Shown here piece by piece: positions 1 to 11,726 of a stretch of 64,000 bases of DNA. The notes beneath the pieces were generated by a model, which saw only the letters and a program-made list of their open reading frames with translations, did not search any database and was not told the DNA's origin. Source of the DNA: Anaeramoeba ignava BMAN (Eukaryota; Protista; Anaeramoebae). How positions within the stretch are numbered: the stretch's first letter is position 1; each line of letters begins with the position of its first letter. Where the stretch lies: positions 682,001 to 746,000 of the forward strand of contig JAPDFW010000114.1 of assembly GCA_028826165.1 (NCBI GenBank). The letters are read 5' to 3'. A program made the position numbers and the translations under genes.

Positions 1-389
1 ATAAAACATCTCAAAATAATCAAACAAATAATCAAATTAGGTAATTATTTTCTCAAATTAAAATTAAAATTAAAATTAAAATTTAAAATTAAATTTATAA
101 TAAAATTTATAATTAAATTTATAACAAAATTTATAACAAAATTTATAACTAAATTTATAAAATTAAAATTAGGCAAGATATTTTCAAAATATTATCTATT
201 CCAGAACATACAATTATTGAATATAAAGCTCATAGAGAAGCTTTAAGAGATAAATCAAGTTTTAGAAATACTTCAGTTGCACCAATTTCAATAAAAAATG
301 ATAAATTTAATCGACGTCAAAATAATATGAAAAAATCAGATACAAAATCACAAAGAAACAAACCAAAAGAAACAAAACAAAATAATTAA
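1..389 (+). CDS. 3' end of an unidentified gene (exons 1-40, 173-389)
   Basis: GT at 41 and AG at 172 give a phase-2 join reading KTSQNNQTNNQIR-QDIFKILSIPEHTIIEYKAHREAL...KQNN, stop TAA 387-389. Confidence 0.6.
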
Positions 390-418
390 AATTATTCAAA
401 ATGAAACTAAAAATAAAA

Positions 419-745
419 ATTCAATATCAATTTCAATATCAATTTCAAATTCAATATCAATTTCAATTTCAATATCAATATCAATATCAATTTCAATATC
501 AATATCAATTTCAATTTCAATTTCAATATCAAATTCAATATCAATTTCAATATCAATATCAATATCAATTTCAATTTCAATATCAAATTCAATTTCAATA
601 TCAATTTCAAATTCAATTTCAATATCAATTTCAATTTCAATTTCAATTTCAATTTCAATTTCAATATCAATATCAATATCAATTTCAATTTCAATTTCAA
701 TTTCAAATTCAATTTCAAAATTCAATTTCAATTTCAATTTCAAAT
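419..745. repeat. Hexamer tandem repeat (TCAATT/TCAATA variants) after the stop codon
   Basis: Seen directly; it generates the spurious (QF/QY), (IE/ID) and (LK/LI) ORFs. Confidence 0.9.
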
Positions 746-969
746 TATAAATAGATTATATTTTTTTTTAAATCAAATTTCAAAATTAAATTTAAATAAA
801 AAAATTTTGGCGAAACTAAGGAAAATTTCAATTCCTTAAGAAAAAAGAAATAAGAGAATAAGTTTCACTTACATTTTCCAAATTAATTTTTGTTTATTTT
901 ATTTTTTTTATTAATTTTAAAAAAGAAAAAAATTTTTTTCATTTTTTCTTTTTCATTTTTTCATTTTCA

Positions 970-3531
970 ATGTCTTTGATTAAATTATATAATTTTGATG
1001 AGAAAGTTTTAGGAGTTTCAAATTCAAAAAAAATTAATGATTTAATAGTTTCTGTTCAAAAATCAGGATTTCATACTTTGCATAAAGAAACACATATAAT
1101 TAAAAAAAGTTTAACAATAAGCCCACAAACAATTATAACTTCAAAAGTTTTATTTGAATCTAAATCAAATACTTATATTACTGTTGAAAATTATAATAAT
1201 ATTGTTTTTTGGAAAGATAATGAAAATATTTATGAAAATGCACAAAGAATTAAAGTAATTTTAATTTTAATTTTAATTTTAATTAATTTTAATTTATTTT
1301 AATTTATTTTAATTTATTTTAATTTTAATTTTTATTTAAAGTTCCAAGAATCTATTCACAAAATTTTATTAAATGAAAAACTTGCAGAATCAGTTATAAT
1401 TGCAATTTTTCAAACAGGAGATTTTTGTTTAGTTAATCTAAAAACAAAAAAAATCACACATTTAGCAATGAATCAATCAATCAAAAACAAAAAGAAAGAT
1501 TTTCAATTAAAAACAGAGTGGTGTTCATGTTACACACATCAAAGCATTCCATCATCAATTATTATATCAATAATTACATCCCAAGAAGTAAAACAACCAC
1601 AAAACATAAAAACTTATGCAATACAATTTTTTGCACTTTTTAATGAAGAACAAACAGATTCAAACAATAAAACAAATGAGGAATTTATAAATACTCAAGC
1701 TAAAATGAAATTTCTTTATAAAACAATTATTAGTCCAATTCCTGAAAAAGGTGTGATAAATGAAATTGTTGCTTGTGATTATGATATAGGTTCATTTTCG
1801 TTGGGAATTGTGTTTAACAACAATTTTTTTTCAAGTTATTATGCTAATTTTTTAAAGAAAAAATCAGGATATAATTGGAGTCGAAAATTATTATCAACTT
1901 CAAATACAAATTTTTGTACTTTTACTACAAATCTCTTCTGTTTGTTGGGAAATTTCCAGATCGAAAACAAAACAACAAATTCCAAAGAAAAAAATGGATA
2001 CATCACTTTGTGGAATACTCGATACGGTGTTGTTCAACAGGCAATATTGATCGATTCTTTTGAAGAAGCAGAATTTCAATTTGTTTCACTTGGAAAAGAG
2101 AATGAAATTTTTTTCGGTTCAAATAATTCCTTATATTCATATACATTTGCTCATAATTTTGAGTCGGATTTATCGCATTGTATTAACAAAACAGAATTAT
2201 CAAGTCATTTTGCTCAAATGGAAACACGGAACTCATTTACATCACTCCAAATCTCGGAAATTCTCAATACTTCTTGTAAAGAAGAATCGCAAAAAAATGA
2301 ACAAAATCATAAGAAGTTAATACAACAAATTCAAAACCAATTGAGCAAATTAAAAAAATTATCAAATGAAGATGATGATGAAGAAGAAAAATCAAAGAAA
2401 AAATCAATCACATTTATCAAAGATAACGATTCAAATAATGATAATGAAAATGATAACGAAAATGATAACGAAAATGATCCAGAAACTATAATTAAAAATG
2501 CTAAATTTACAATATCAAAAATTCGAGACTTTTTCTCAAAAGGAAAAAACAATTCTAATCCAGAAGCAAGAGCATTTCTTCCTCATCAAATAATTCAAAA
2601 TCAATTCGAAAAAGAATCAAAAGATATTGAAATTCTAAAGGAGATTATAAACGCAACAACGGATTTCTCTTCAAAATTTAATCAATATTTTACAGATGAG
2701 AACAATAATCACATGAAATCAAAATTATTGAATATTTCACCGTTTTTAAGAAAAATCATATTGGAAAAATGCATAGAATACAATTTGGAAAGTGAATTGA
2801 TTTTTATGATTCAAACAATTGGATCATCCTTAGTTCATTTCACAAAGATTATTCAGTATATAATTTCAAAAGATAACCTCAATGTCTTATCTTTTCTGTT
2901 CCAAATCAACGCGCAACTTTCAGAAAAAGATTGTGTTCATTTGATTCAATATCTCCTTAACAAAGCCGCAAAACAAAAAAAGATCCAAAAAGTAAATTTT
3001 GAAAGAAAAATGGAATTGGAAGAAGAAATGAAAAATTCAAAAGGAATTTTAAGTATGAATTCATTATATTATTTTCTTTCTCAAATCATGGACACTCCAA
3101 AAAACAATATTTTCCTTCATGAAAGCTTAAAAATGTTATCAGATAGTGAAGTATTTGTGCTACTTCAATTTCTTCATGGATCTTTAATTTATTACACTTA
3201 TAATCTCACAAGCGATTCACAAGATAATAAAAATATTCCTCGACTTGAAAACTCAATTGAATGGATTTCATCGTTAATTGAATCCCATTTCACAAGACTG
3301 ATTATTGATTCCCAAAGTTTGAATTTACTTGATAGAATGAATTCCACTTTGAAGGAATTGATCCATTTATCTGAATTGATGTCAAATATGATTGGATATT
3401 TAGATTCTCTTGTTCTTCAACAAAATATCAAAATTCAAGAATCTATCACAAAAAATTATTATTATTCTGCTGAAGTTTTGGATTTCTCTTTTACTCAAAA
3501 TGATAGCGATTCCCAAATTAATCAAAAATAA
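970..3531 (+). CDS. NOL11: Nucleolar protein 11 (NOL11/Utp8-like), intron 1255-1341
   Basis: The intron joins the two ORFs in frame. N-terminal VLGVS...TIITS...VFWKDNE and C-terminal IPRLENSIEWISSLIESHFT...YSAEVLDF resemble the NOL11 termini. Confidence 0.7.
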
Positions 3532-3713
3532 TTTCTTTTTTTCTTTTTTTTCTTTTTTTCTTTCTTCTTTTTAATAGATTTTTTTTTTTTTTTAAAATAA
3601 AAATAATCGGAAAAGAAATTTTTGTTTTTCATTTTTTTTCTTTTCTTTTCTTTTTAATTTTGTTTAATTTTTAATAAATAAATAAATAAATAAATAATAA
3701 ATAATAAATAAAA

Positions 3714-4526
3714 ATGAAAAAATTTCAAAGAACTAAAAGATTTTTACTTCCTTCAGATGATTTTTTTCTTGATGGAAATTTAGAAAGAGAAGCATTTGTT
3801 AAACATTCAGTTTCCGAAATCAAAATTGAAGAATTAGAAAAACTATTTATAGATTCAAACAATCCAAAAAATAACGGAAAAAAAAATGAAGAACAAAAAG
3901 AAGATGATGAAGAAAATCAAGAAGAAAAAATGATTTTAATTGAATGCCAATTTCCAGGATGTGAATCAAAATTTTACAGTATAGAAGATTATCAAAATCA
4001 TTATGATCATTCTCATAGAAACACTTGCTATTCTTGTGGGAAAATATTCCCATCAGAATATTTACTTGATCTTCATGTCAGAGAAACTCATGATACTTTA
4101 TTTAAACTTCTTTCAAAAAGAAAACCTTCTTATAAATGTTTTGTTGAAACTTGTAACGCCACTTTTTGGAGTCCAAAAAAAAGAGCAGAGCATTTGGTTC
4201 ATATTCATAATTATCCTGAAAAATTTTTTGGATCGTTAAGATCCGTTAAAAAAATTGACAGTTTTAAAAATAAAGTTGAACAAGCAAAATTAAAAAAACA
4301 AAAACAATTTTCGGAACAAAAAAAAAATAATTCCCAAAAAGTGGAACAAATTAATCCAAAAAAAAAAGTTCATCAATGGAATTATAAAAAGAAAAAACAA
4401 AATATAAACGAAAAAAATATGGAAATTGAAGAGATTTCAAATAAATTATCAAAAATTCATATTCCAGATGAAATTCATTTTGGAATGAAAAGAGGTTTAA
4501 GAAAAAAACATTTTGGGCAAAATTGA
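3714..4526 (+). CDS. ZNF511: C2H2 zinc finger protein, ZNF511-like
   Basis: FFLDGNLER followed by three fingers (CQFPGC..HYDHSH, CYSC..HVRETH, CFVETC..HLVHIH+YP), matching the ZNF511 layout. Confidence 0.8.
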   Translation: MKKFQRTKRFLLPSDDFFLDGNLEREAFVKHSVSEIKIEELEKLFIDSNNPKNNGKKNEEQKEDDEENQEEKMILIECQFPGCESKFYSIEDYQNHYDHSHRNTCYSCGKIFPSEYLLDLHVRETHDTLFKLLSKRKPSYKCFVETCNATFWSPKKRAEHLVHIHNYPEKFFGSLRSVKKIDSFKNKVEQAKLKKQKQFSEQKKNNSQKVEQINPKKKVHQWNYKKKKQNINEKNMEIEEISNKLSKIHIPDEIHFGMKRGLRKKHFGQN

Positions 4527-4628
4527 TTATAAAAAAGAATTTAAAAATAAAAATAATTTTTTAATTTAACGAATTTTTTTTTTTAAAAATTTTTTTTCAT
4601 TTTTCTTTTTTTTTTAATCTTAATTTTT

Positions 4629-5342
4629 ATGCACGCAAGACCTCAAAGAATTAATACAGATTCAGAACAAAGTTTTCTTGAAAAATATTTAATTGAAAAA
4701 CTGCCTTCAATTAAAAAATACATTTTTTATGTATTATGGATAATGCCTTTAATTAGCGTTTTAAAATTATATGCATTTTTAAGAAGTTATCATTATCCAA
4801 AAGAAATTTTAAAAGAATTCCAACAGAATAAAACAACTTTAGTTTCTTCAACAACAAATAATTTACTTCTTTTAATTTTTGCATCAGTTTCTATTTTCGC
4901 AATTATTTACTTTTCACAAAAACAAAAAATTCGTTTTATTTTTCATTCAATTTATTTGTTGATTGTTTTGTATTTTTGGAATCCAACGGCTGATATTATT
5001 TTTTGGCAAACAAACATGTCCATATTTCTTCATATTCTATGGTTTTTCGGTTGGTTTTTGATCACGTTTGATTTGGTTATTGTTAATAATTCATTTTCTA
5101 TTTTTAAAAAGCCGCTTCGAAAATATTCAAATGTTCCTTTTTTTGGAGTAATTTTGATTTTATGGTCAACTCCTGTTTTGACTTTGGATCATTTTCTTTT
5201 CTCAGTTTTTTTCTCTTTTGCTTCTCTTCTTCTTTCAAATGTTGACAAAAAAATTGAAGAATCTTCTTGGAAACACATGATGACAAATATTCAAGTTTCT
5301 CGTTCAAAAATGATTCCAAATGATTTAAAATTTCAAAATTAA
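4629..5342 (+). CDS. Multi-pass membrane protein, nurim / MddA (ICMT-superfamily)-like
   Basis: About 6 hydrophobic segments; LYFWNP..FWQ, LWFFGW and GVILILWSTPVLTLDHFLF resemble nurim/MddA motifs; the RHP motif is absent. Confidence 0.5.
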   Translation: MHARPQRINTDSEQSFLEKYLIEKLPSIKKYIFYVLWIMPLISVLKLYAFLRSYHYPKEILKEFQQNKTTLVSSTTNNLLLLIFASVSIFAIIYFSQKQKIRFIFHSIYLLIVLYFWNPTADIIFWQTNMSIFLHILWFFGWFLITFDLVIVNNSFSIFKKPLRKYSNVPFFGVILILWSTPVLTLDHFLFSVFFSFASLLLSNVDKKIEESSWKHMMTNIQVSRSKMIPNDLKFQN

Positions 5343-6385
5343 TTCAAATTTTCAAATGATTTAAAATTTAATTCAAAATTAATTCAAAATTATTTCAAAA
5401 TTATTTCAAAATTAATTCAAAATTATTTCAAAATTAATTCAAAATTAATTAAATGATTTAAAATGATTTAAATTTAATTCAAAATTATTTCAAAATTAAT
5501 TCAAAATTGATTTCAAATTATTTTAAAATTATTTCAAAATTGATTCAAAATTTAATTCAAAATTAATTTAAAATTAATTCAAAATTAATTCAAAATTATT
5601 TCAAAATTAATTCAAAATTGATTCAAAATTTAATTCAAAATTATTTCAAATTTAATTCAAAATTATTTCAAAATTAATTCAAATTTAATTCAAAATTAAT
5701 TCAAAATTATTTCAAAATTATTTCAAAATTATTTCAAAATTAATTCAAAATTATTTCAAAATTAATTCAAAATTAATTCAAAATTAATTCAAAATTATTT
5801 CAAAATTAATTCAAAATTAATTCAAAATTAATTCAAAATTAATTCAAAATTAATTCAAATTTAATTCAAAATTAATTCAAAATTAATTCAAAATTATTTC
5901 AAAATTAATTCAAATGATTTAAAATTAATTCAAAATTAATTTAAAATTAATTCAAATTTATTTCAAAATTAATTCAAATTTAATTCAAAATTAATTCAAA
6001 TTATTTCAAAATTAATTCAAATTTAATTCAAAATTAATTCAAAATTAATTCAAAATTAATTCAAAATTAATTCAAAATTAATTCAAATTATTTTAAAATT
6101 ATTTCAAAATTATTTCAAAATTAATTCAAAATTATTTCAAAATTAATTCAAATGATTTAAAATTAATTCAAAATTATTTCAAAATTAATTCAAATTGATT
6201 TAAAATTTCAAAAATAATTTAAAATTAATTCAAAATTAATTCAAAATTATTTCAAAATTATTTCAAAATTAATTCAAAATTATTTCAAAATTAATTCAAA
6301 ATTATTTCAAAATTAATTCAAAATTAATTCAAAATTATTTCAAAATTATTTCAAAATTAATTCAAAATTGATTAAAATGATTTCA
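5343..6385. repeat. ~1 kb tandem array of 12-13 bp unit (TTCAAAATTAA/TTCAAAATTAT variants)
   Basis: Seen directly; it starts at the stop codon of the preceding gene. Confidence 0.9.
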
Positions 6386-6658
6386 AATGATTTCAAATGA
6401 TTTGGAAAAAAATTTATTTTTTCTTTTTTGATCATTTTTTCTTTTCATTTTTTTCTTTTTAAAATTTATTTTGATTCTCAATTTAAATAATCCAAACAAA
6501 ACCAAAACAAAACCAAAACAAAAACACAAAGTAAAACAAAAATAAAACAAATAACAAAACAAAAACATTTTCTTTCACATTTTTATTTAAAATTGAATAA
6601 GTCAAAATTCAACTAAAATTTAATTAATTAAAATTTAATTAATTTAAATAAAATAAGA

Positions 6659-8790
6659 ATGCAAAAAATATTTTATTTTTGATCTTCTTTTCAATTTTCG
6701 GAATATTTCAAATCATTTCTCAAACAAATGATTACTTATCATCTCCACCTCTCCATTGGTATATGATAGATGTTCTTATTTCTAACGATTCCAATTCTTC
6801 TTCTTTTGGATACAGTTCTTCAATTTCAGAAAATATTTATGTTTTAAGTGATTATGATGCTCAAAAAGTTTATATTTATGAAAAAAATGGTTCGAATTTC
6901 AATCTAAAGCAAGTTATAGCTGATTCAACAGATGGTTTTGGATTTTCTGTTTCTATTTCAGGAAATTTTATTGTTGTTGGAACTTTTTCTCAAAAAAAAA
7001 TTTTCATTTTCAAATATAATGGAAGTGATTGGATTTCGGAAAAAAATTTTACATCATCAGATACATATTTTGGTTGGTGTGTTTCTATTTCAGAAAATTT
7101 TATTGTTTCTGGATCGGGAGCATCAGAAGCAATTGTTTATAAATATAATGGAAGTGTTTGGAATTATCAACAAACTTTATCAGAATCAGGATCTTATTTT
7201 GCGGCTTCTCTTGCAATTTCAGAAGATGTTATTGTTATTGGTGCTCATGGATCAAGCAAAGCGTTTATTTTCAGATATAATGGAAGTGATTGGAATCTTG
7301 AAAAGAATTTATCAGGAACAACAGGTTCTCATTTTGGTTTAGGTGTTTCAGTTTCAGGAAATGTTACTGTTATTGGTGCTTATGATTCAAAAGAAGCTTT
7401 TTGGTATAGATATAATGGAAGTGATTGGAATCTTGAACAAAATGTATCACAACCAACATTAAGTTATTTTGGAAGATTCGTTTCAATTTCAGGAAATGTT
7501 ACTGTTATTAGTGCCTATCAAGCTAATCAAGCATTTATTTACAGATTTAATGAAACATATTGGAATCTTGAACAAAATTTAACAAATGAAACTACATCAT
7601 CTTTTGGGTTTAGTGTTTCTAATACTGAGAATAATACTGTTATTACTGATTCTGGATTAAAAAAAGCTTATATTTATCAACTATCTTCTTCTAAAGTAAA
7701 TTTGATTAATTGTTCTTCTTTGTTTTCTTCTTTCAAATGTTATTGGAATAAAGATGAATTTCCAGAATATTTTGAATATCAAATTAATTATGGATTTGGT
7801 TGGACATCTATTCAATCTCCAAATTTAGATGTATCTGAAAATGTTTTTTATCAAGAATTCAACTCTTCATTTTATTCTAATATTTTTGGAAATTACAATT
7901 ATTCAATTCAAATTAAAGCTTGTGATACTGAATATTTTGATTGTAGTGAACCATGTGATTCATTTGATTTATTAACAAGAATAGGATCTGTTCAAAATTT
8001 AAGTGTATTAAATCAAACAAGTTCTTCATTTAATATTTCTTGGGATTATCCAAATGTAGAAATTATTTCAGAAATTCCTCAACTTGATCATTATCTTATT
8101 TTTTATCAAGATTCAATCGAACAATCTCAAAACATTTCAATTAATAATTCTTCTTTAAAATCTTTTATTTTAGATAATTTAGAATGTGGAAAAGAATATA
8201 ATATTTCGATGACAAGTTGTAGAACATTTTTATGTGAAGGAGAAGATGAAGGAGAAATTTCAAATCAAATTACAATGATAACAAAATTTGAAAAAGTTGA
8301 GAATTTAACATGTTCAATTTCAAATTTTATTGAAATTAATTGTTTATGGAATTCACCAATTAATTGTTCAGAAAATCCATTTTATTATAATTTAAGTTAT
8401 CAATCAATTTCAGAAAATGATTCAGGAAATTATTCAATTACTTCAACAAACAAAACATTTAAAGTTGAATTAGAAAATCAAGAATACCAAATCAATATAT
8501 CAGGATGTGATTCAAATGATATATGTGGAACTATATCAACAACAACAATTAAAACAACTAGTCCTCAACAAAAAGATTCCAGTTCAACAAATACAACAGG
8601 TATTATTGTTGGAATAATTGTTCCTGTTGTTGTTATTGGAGGAACAATTTTGATTTTAGTAATTGTTAGAAAAAAAAGAAAAAACAAAAACAAAGATAAA
8701 AAACCTAAAAAAGATAAAGAAAGTAAAAAATCTAAAAAAGGTAAATCTAAAAAAGATGAAAAAGAACTTAAAAATGATTTGGATATTTAA
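6659..8790 (+). CDS. Type I membrane protein: signal peptide, FG-GAP-like beta-propeller repeats, FN3 domains, TM helix, basic tail (copy A; 1-nt frameshift near 6674-6681)
   Basis: Repeated FGxSVSISGNxxVxGA units, FN3-like SFNISWDYP..HYLIFY and CLWNSP..YYNLSY, TM IIVGIIVPVVVIGGTILILVIV. The ATG at 6659 matches the paralogue start MQKIFYF but hits TGA after 7 codons. Confidence 0.8.
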
Positions 8791-8950
8791 AATCCATTTT
8801 TCTTTTAAAAATTTTTTTTCCCTTTTTTTTTTCAATTAAATTCCAAAATTAAAATTCAAAAAAAAAATTCATTTTTCATTTTTTCATTTTTTCCTCTTCT
8901 TTTCTCTTTTATTTATTAAAAATATTCTTAGTCATATTGTTTAAAATAAG

Positions 8951-11594
8951 ATGTTTAAATTTTTCAAAAAAAAACCAAGTGTATTAAATCAAAATAAATA
9001 TTATTCTTTTTTTTATTCATTTTTTTATTCATTTTTTTTATTCATTTTTTTTATTTAAAGGTTTCTTTATCAAGATCAAATCCTAGAAAACCAAGTCTTG
9101 AAATATTGAGAATTCCTAAAAAAAAACAACCTTTTAGTGATCAAACAAACTTTTCACAAAGAAAAAAAAATCAAAATTTTATAAAATCAAAAGTTTCTCA
9201 AAATCAAAAATTACATTTAAAAAATGAATCACTTACTATTAAAGAAATTTTTAATGAAGAAATACAACATTCATCACAAAAACCAAAAAGAACAAGATCA
9301 ATCAATAACAAAATAATAAATACAAATGGTATTTTCTTTATTTTTTATAATATCAACAAGAAAATTTATCCAATTAATAACTATTTAAAAACAAACCAAA
9401 TAAGAACAAAATTTGAGAGAGAAAAAAATCAAGAAATGGATCAAATTTTTTCTTAAAAGAAATTTAGATATGTATTCATTAAAGGAACTTCTTTATCATG
9501 GAGGAGTATTAATGCAAATTATTTCAAAATTAAAAGGAAAAGATGTTCCAAATAAATTTCTTCAATCTGAATTTCGTTTTCCTAATTATTATGCTGAATA
9601 TTTTTTGGAGGAATGTAAAAATATGGGAATTCCAACTGAAAATTTATTTGAAATTCAAGATTTTATTAATCATCAAAATTTTGAGAAAATTGTAAAATCT
9701 GTAGAGACAATTATTCCAATTTCAGAAGGAATGGGTTTTGAAACAATTAATTTTCAATCACAAAACAAACAAAATATTATGAATGAATATTCTTTGGGAT
9801 TTTTGGAAACAGAAAAGAATTATTCAATAAAAACTGGAAATAAAAATGGAAATGGAAATGGAAATGGAAATGGAAATGAAAATGGAAATGAATCAAATGA
9901 AAATGAATATGAATATGAATCAAATGGAAATATATTTGAAGAAGATAACTTCAAAATCAAATTGGATTCACCAAGTTATTTAAGTCCAAATTCGGAAAGT
10001 TTAAAAACTGAAAATTATATTCAATCAAATGGCATTACTACAGATTATAATCATAAACATTACCAAAATCTAAATCAAAATCAAATTCAAAATCAAAATC
10101 AAATTCAAAATCAAAATCAAATTCAAATTCAAAATCAAAATCAAAATCAAAATCTAAATCAAAATCAAAATCAAAATCAAAATCAATTTAAAAATCAAAT
10201 TCAAAATCAAATTCAAATTCAAATTCAAAATCAAAATCAAAATCAAAATCAAAATCAAATTCAATTTAAAAATCAAATTCAAAATCAAATTCAAATTCAA
10301 AATAAAAATCAAAATAAAAATCAAAATCAATTTCAAAATCAAATTCAAAATCAAAATCAATTTCAAAATCAAAATCAAAATCAAATTCAAAATCAAAATA
10401 AAAATAATCAAAATCAAAATCAAAATCAATTTAAAAACCAATTTAAAAATCAATTTCAAAATCAATTTAAAAATGATGCAAAACCAAAAAAATTTTCTTA
10501 TTCTAAAAAAATTGCAAAAATTGCATCAAATTCTTTTTGGAATATGAAAAATGAAAAATTTATTCAATTTTATAAATTGATCCAAAAAAATTTCACTTTT
10601 CAACCTGAAATTATTCTTCTTGATTCTAAATCTTTTATTGGGTTATCTTCCAAAATATTTCAATTAAAAATATTACATGAAGAAATGAGTAATCTTATTT
10701 CTAAATTTGAAATTCTTGAACCTGATTTAAAAATATATAAAGATTATGAAGAAAAAAAGAAAATCAAACAAATTGAACAGAATATTCAACAAAATTTAAA
10801 AACAAAAAATTTAAATGGAAAATTAAATAGAAAAAATCAAAATAGATTTTTTTACTTTCCAAAACGGAAATTAGTTGGATCTAAAAATTTAGATAATATC
10901 AAAATTGAAAGTATTTTTTCCTATCAATTTTATTAAAAAAAAAAATTTAAAATTTAATTATAATTATAATTTATATATTGATTTTTCTTTAAAATTTAAA
11001 AAAGAAAACAAAAAAGAAAAAATGGAAAGAATTGCTTCAAAACAAACAAGAGAGGAATTTCTTTTATTTAAACTGAAATATTTCACATTAGAAATTACAA
11101 AAATGATTCATGATACTTTTAATAACTTTATATCAAATATTGATGTTTTAACAATTTCAACTCAAAATCATTATCCAAAACAAAAAGAAGAAAACAAACT
11201 CAAGATCCATTCAAATTTATCATATTTAACACCAAAAAAATCAATCAAACCTTTTGATATTTTAAATAACAAAATATTAATTGAAAAAATTCAATGTTTC
11301 TTTTATATTTTTGAGATTTTAGAATCAATTTGTGATTTTGTTTCAAATCAAATGAATAATATTCAAATCAATGTTCCAAAATTTAATAGAATTTCTAAAT
11401 CAGTTTCAAGAAAAATTTATCGGTTGTTTTTATTTTTATATTTCCAATTTTCTTCTAAATTTACTCAATTCAAAGAATATGATTTGCTGTTTAAAAATTA
11501 TGTGGAATTTATTCAAACTGAAAATTTAATTCCAATTCATTTATTATTTTTTGATTTAGAAGAATTTAATAATGAATTTGCAGAATTGATTTGA
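8951..11594 (+). CDS. Calponin-homology domain + Q/N-rich linker + divergent Mob1/phocein-like C-terminal domain
   Basis: Introns 8981-9060, 9329-9404 and 10911-~11004 keep the frame. CH motif IKKWI...LYHGGVLMQII...FLEECKNMGIP..LFEIQDF; the C-terminus SVSRKIYRLFLFLYFQF...FKNYVEFIQTENLI resembles Mob/phocein. Confidence 0.55.
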
Positions 11595-11726
11595 TTGATT
11601 TTAAAAAAATAATTTAATTCTCAAAACTTTAAATTTCAAATCAAAAAAAAAATTTTTTTTCTTTTAAAAAAATAAAATGTTTTCTGATTTCATTTTTTTC
11701 ATTTTTTTCATTTTATAAAAAAATAA

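Noticed and set aside
396-754. Three overlapping dipeptide-repeat ORFs
   Set aside because: Stop-free readings of a hexamer array. The same applies to the repeat ORFs at 18274, 19442, 25567, 27896, 52342, 53442-54178, 54464 and 60632-60938.
6383-6568. Short hydrophobic ORF (and its counterpart 34272-34658) in the duplicated upstream region
   Set aside because: T-rich low-complexity sequence whose start and length are not conserved between the two copies.
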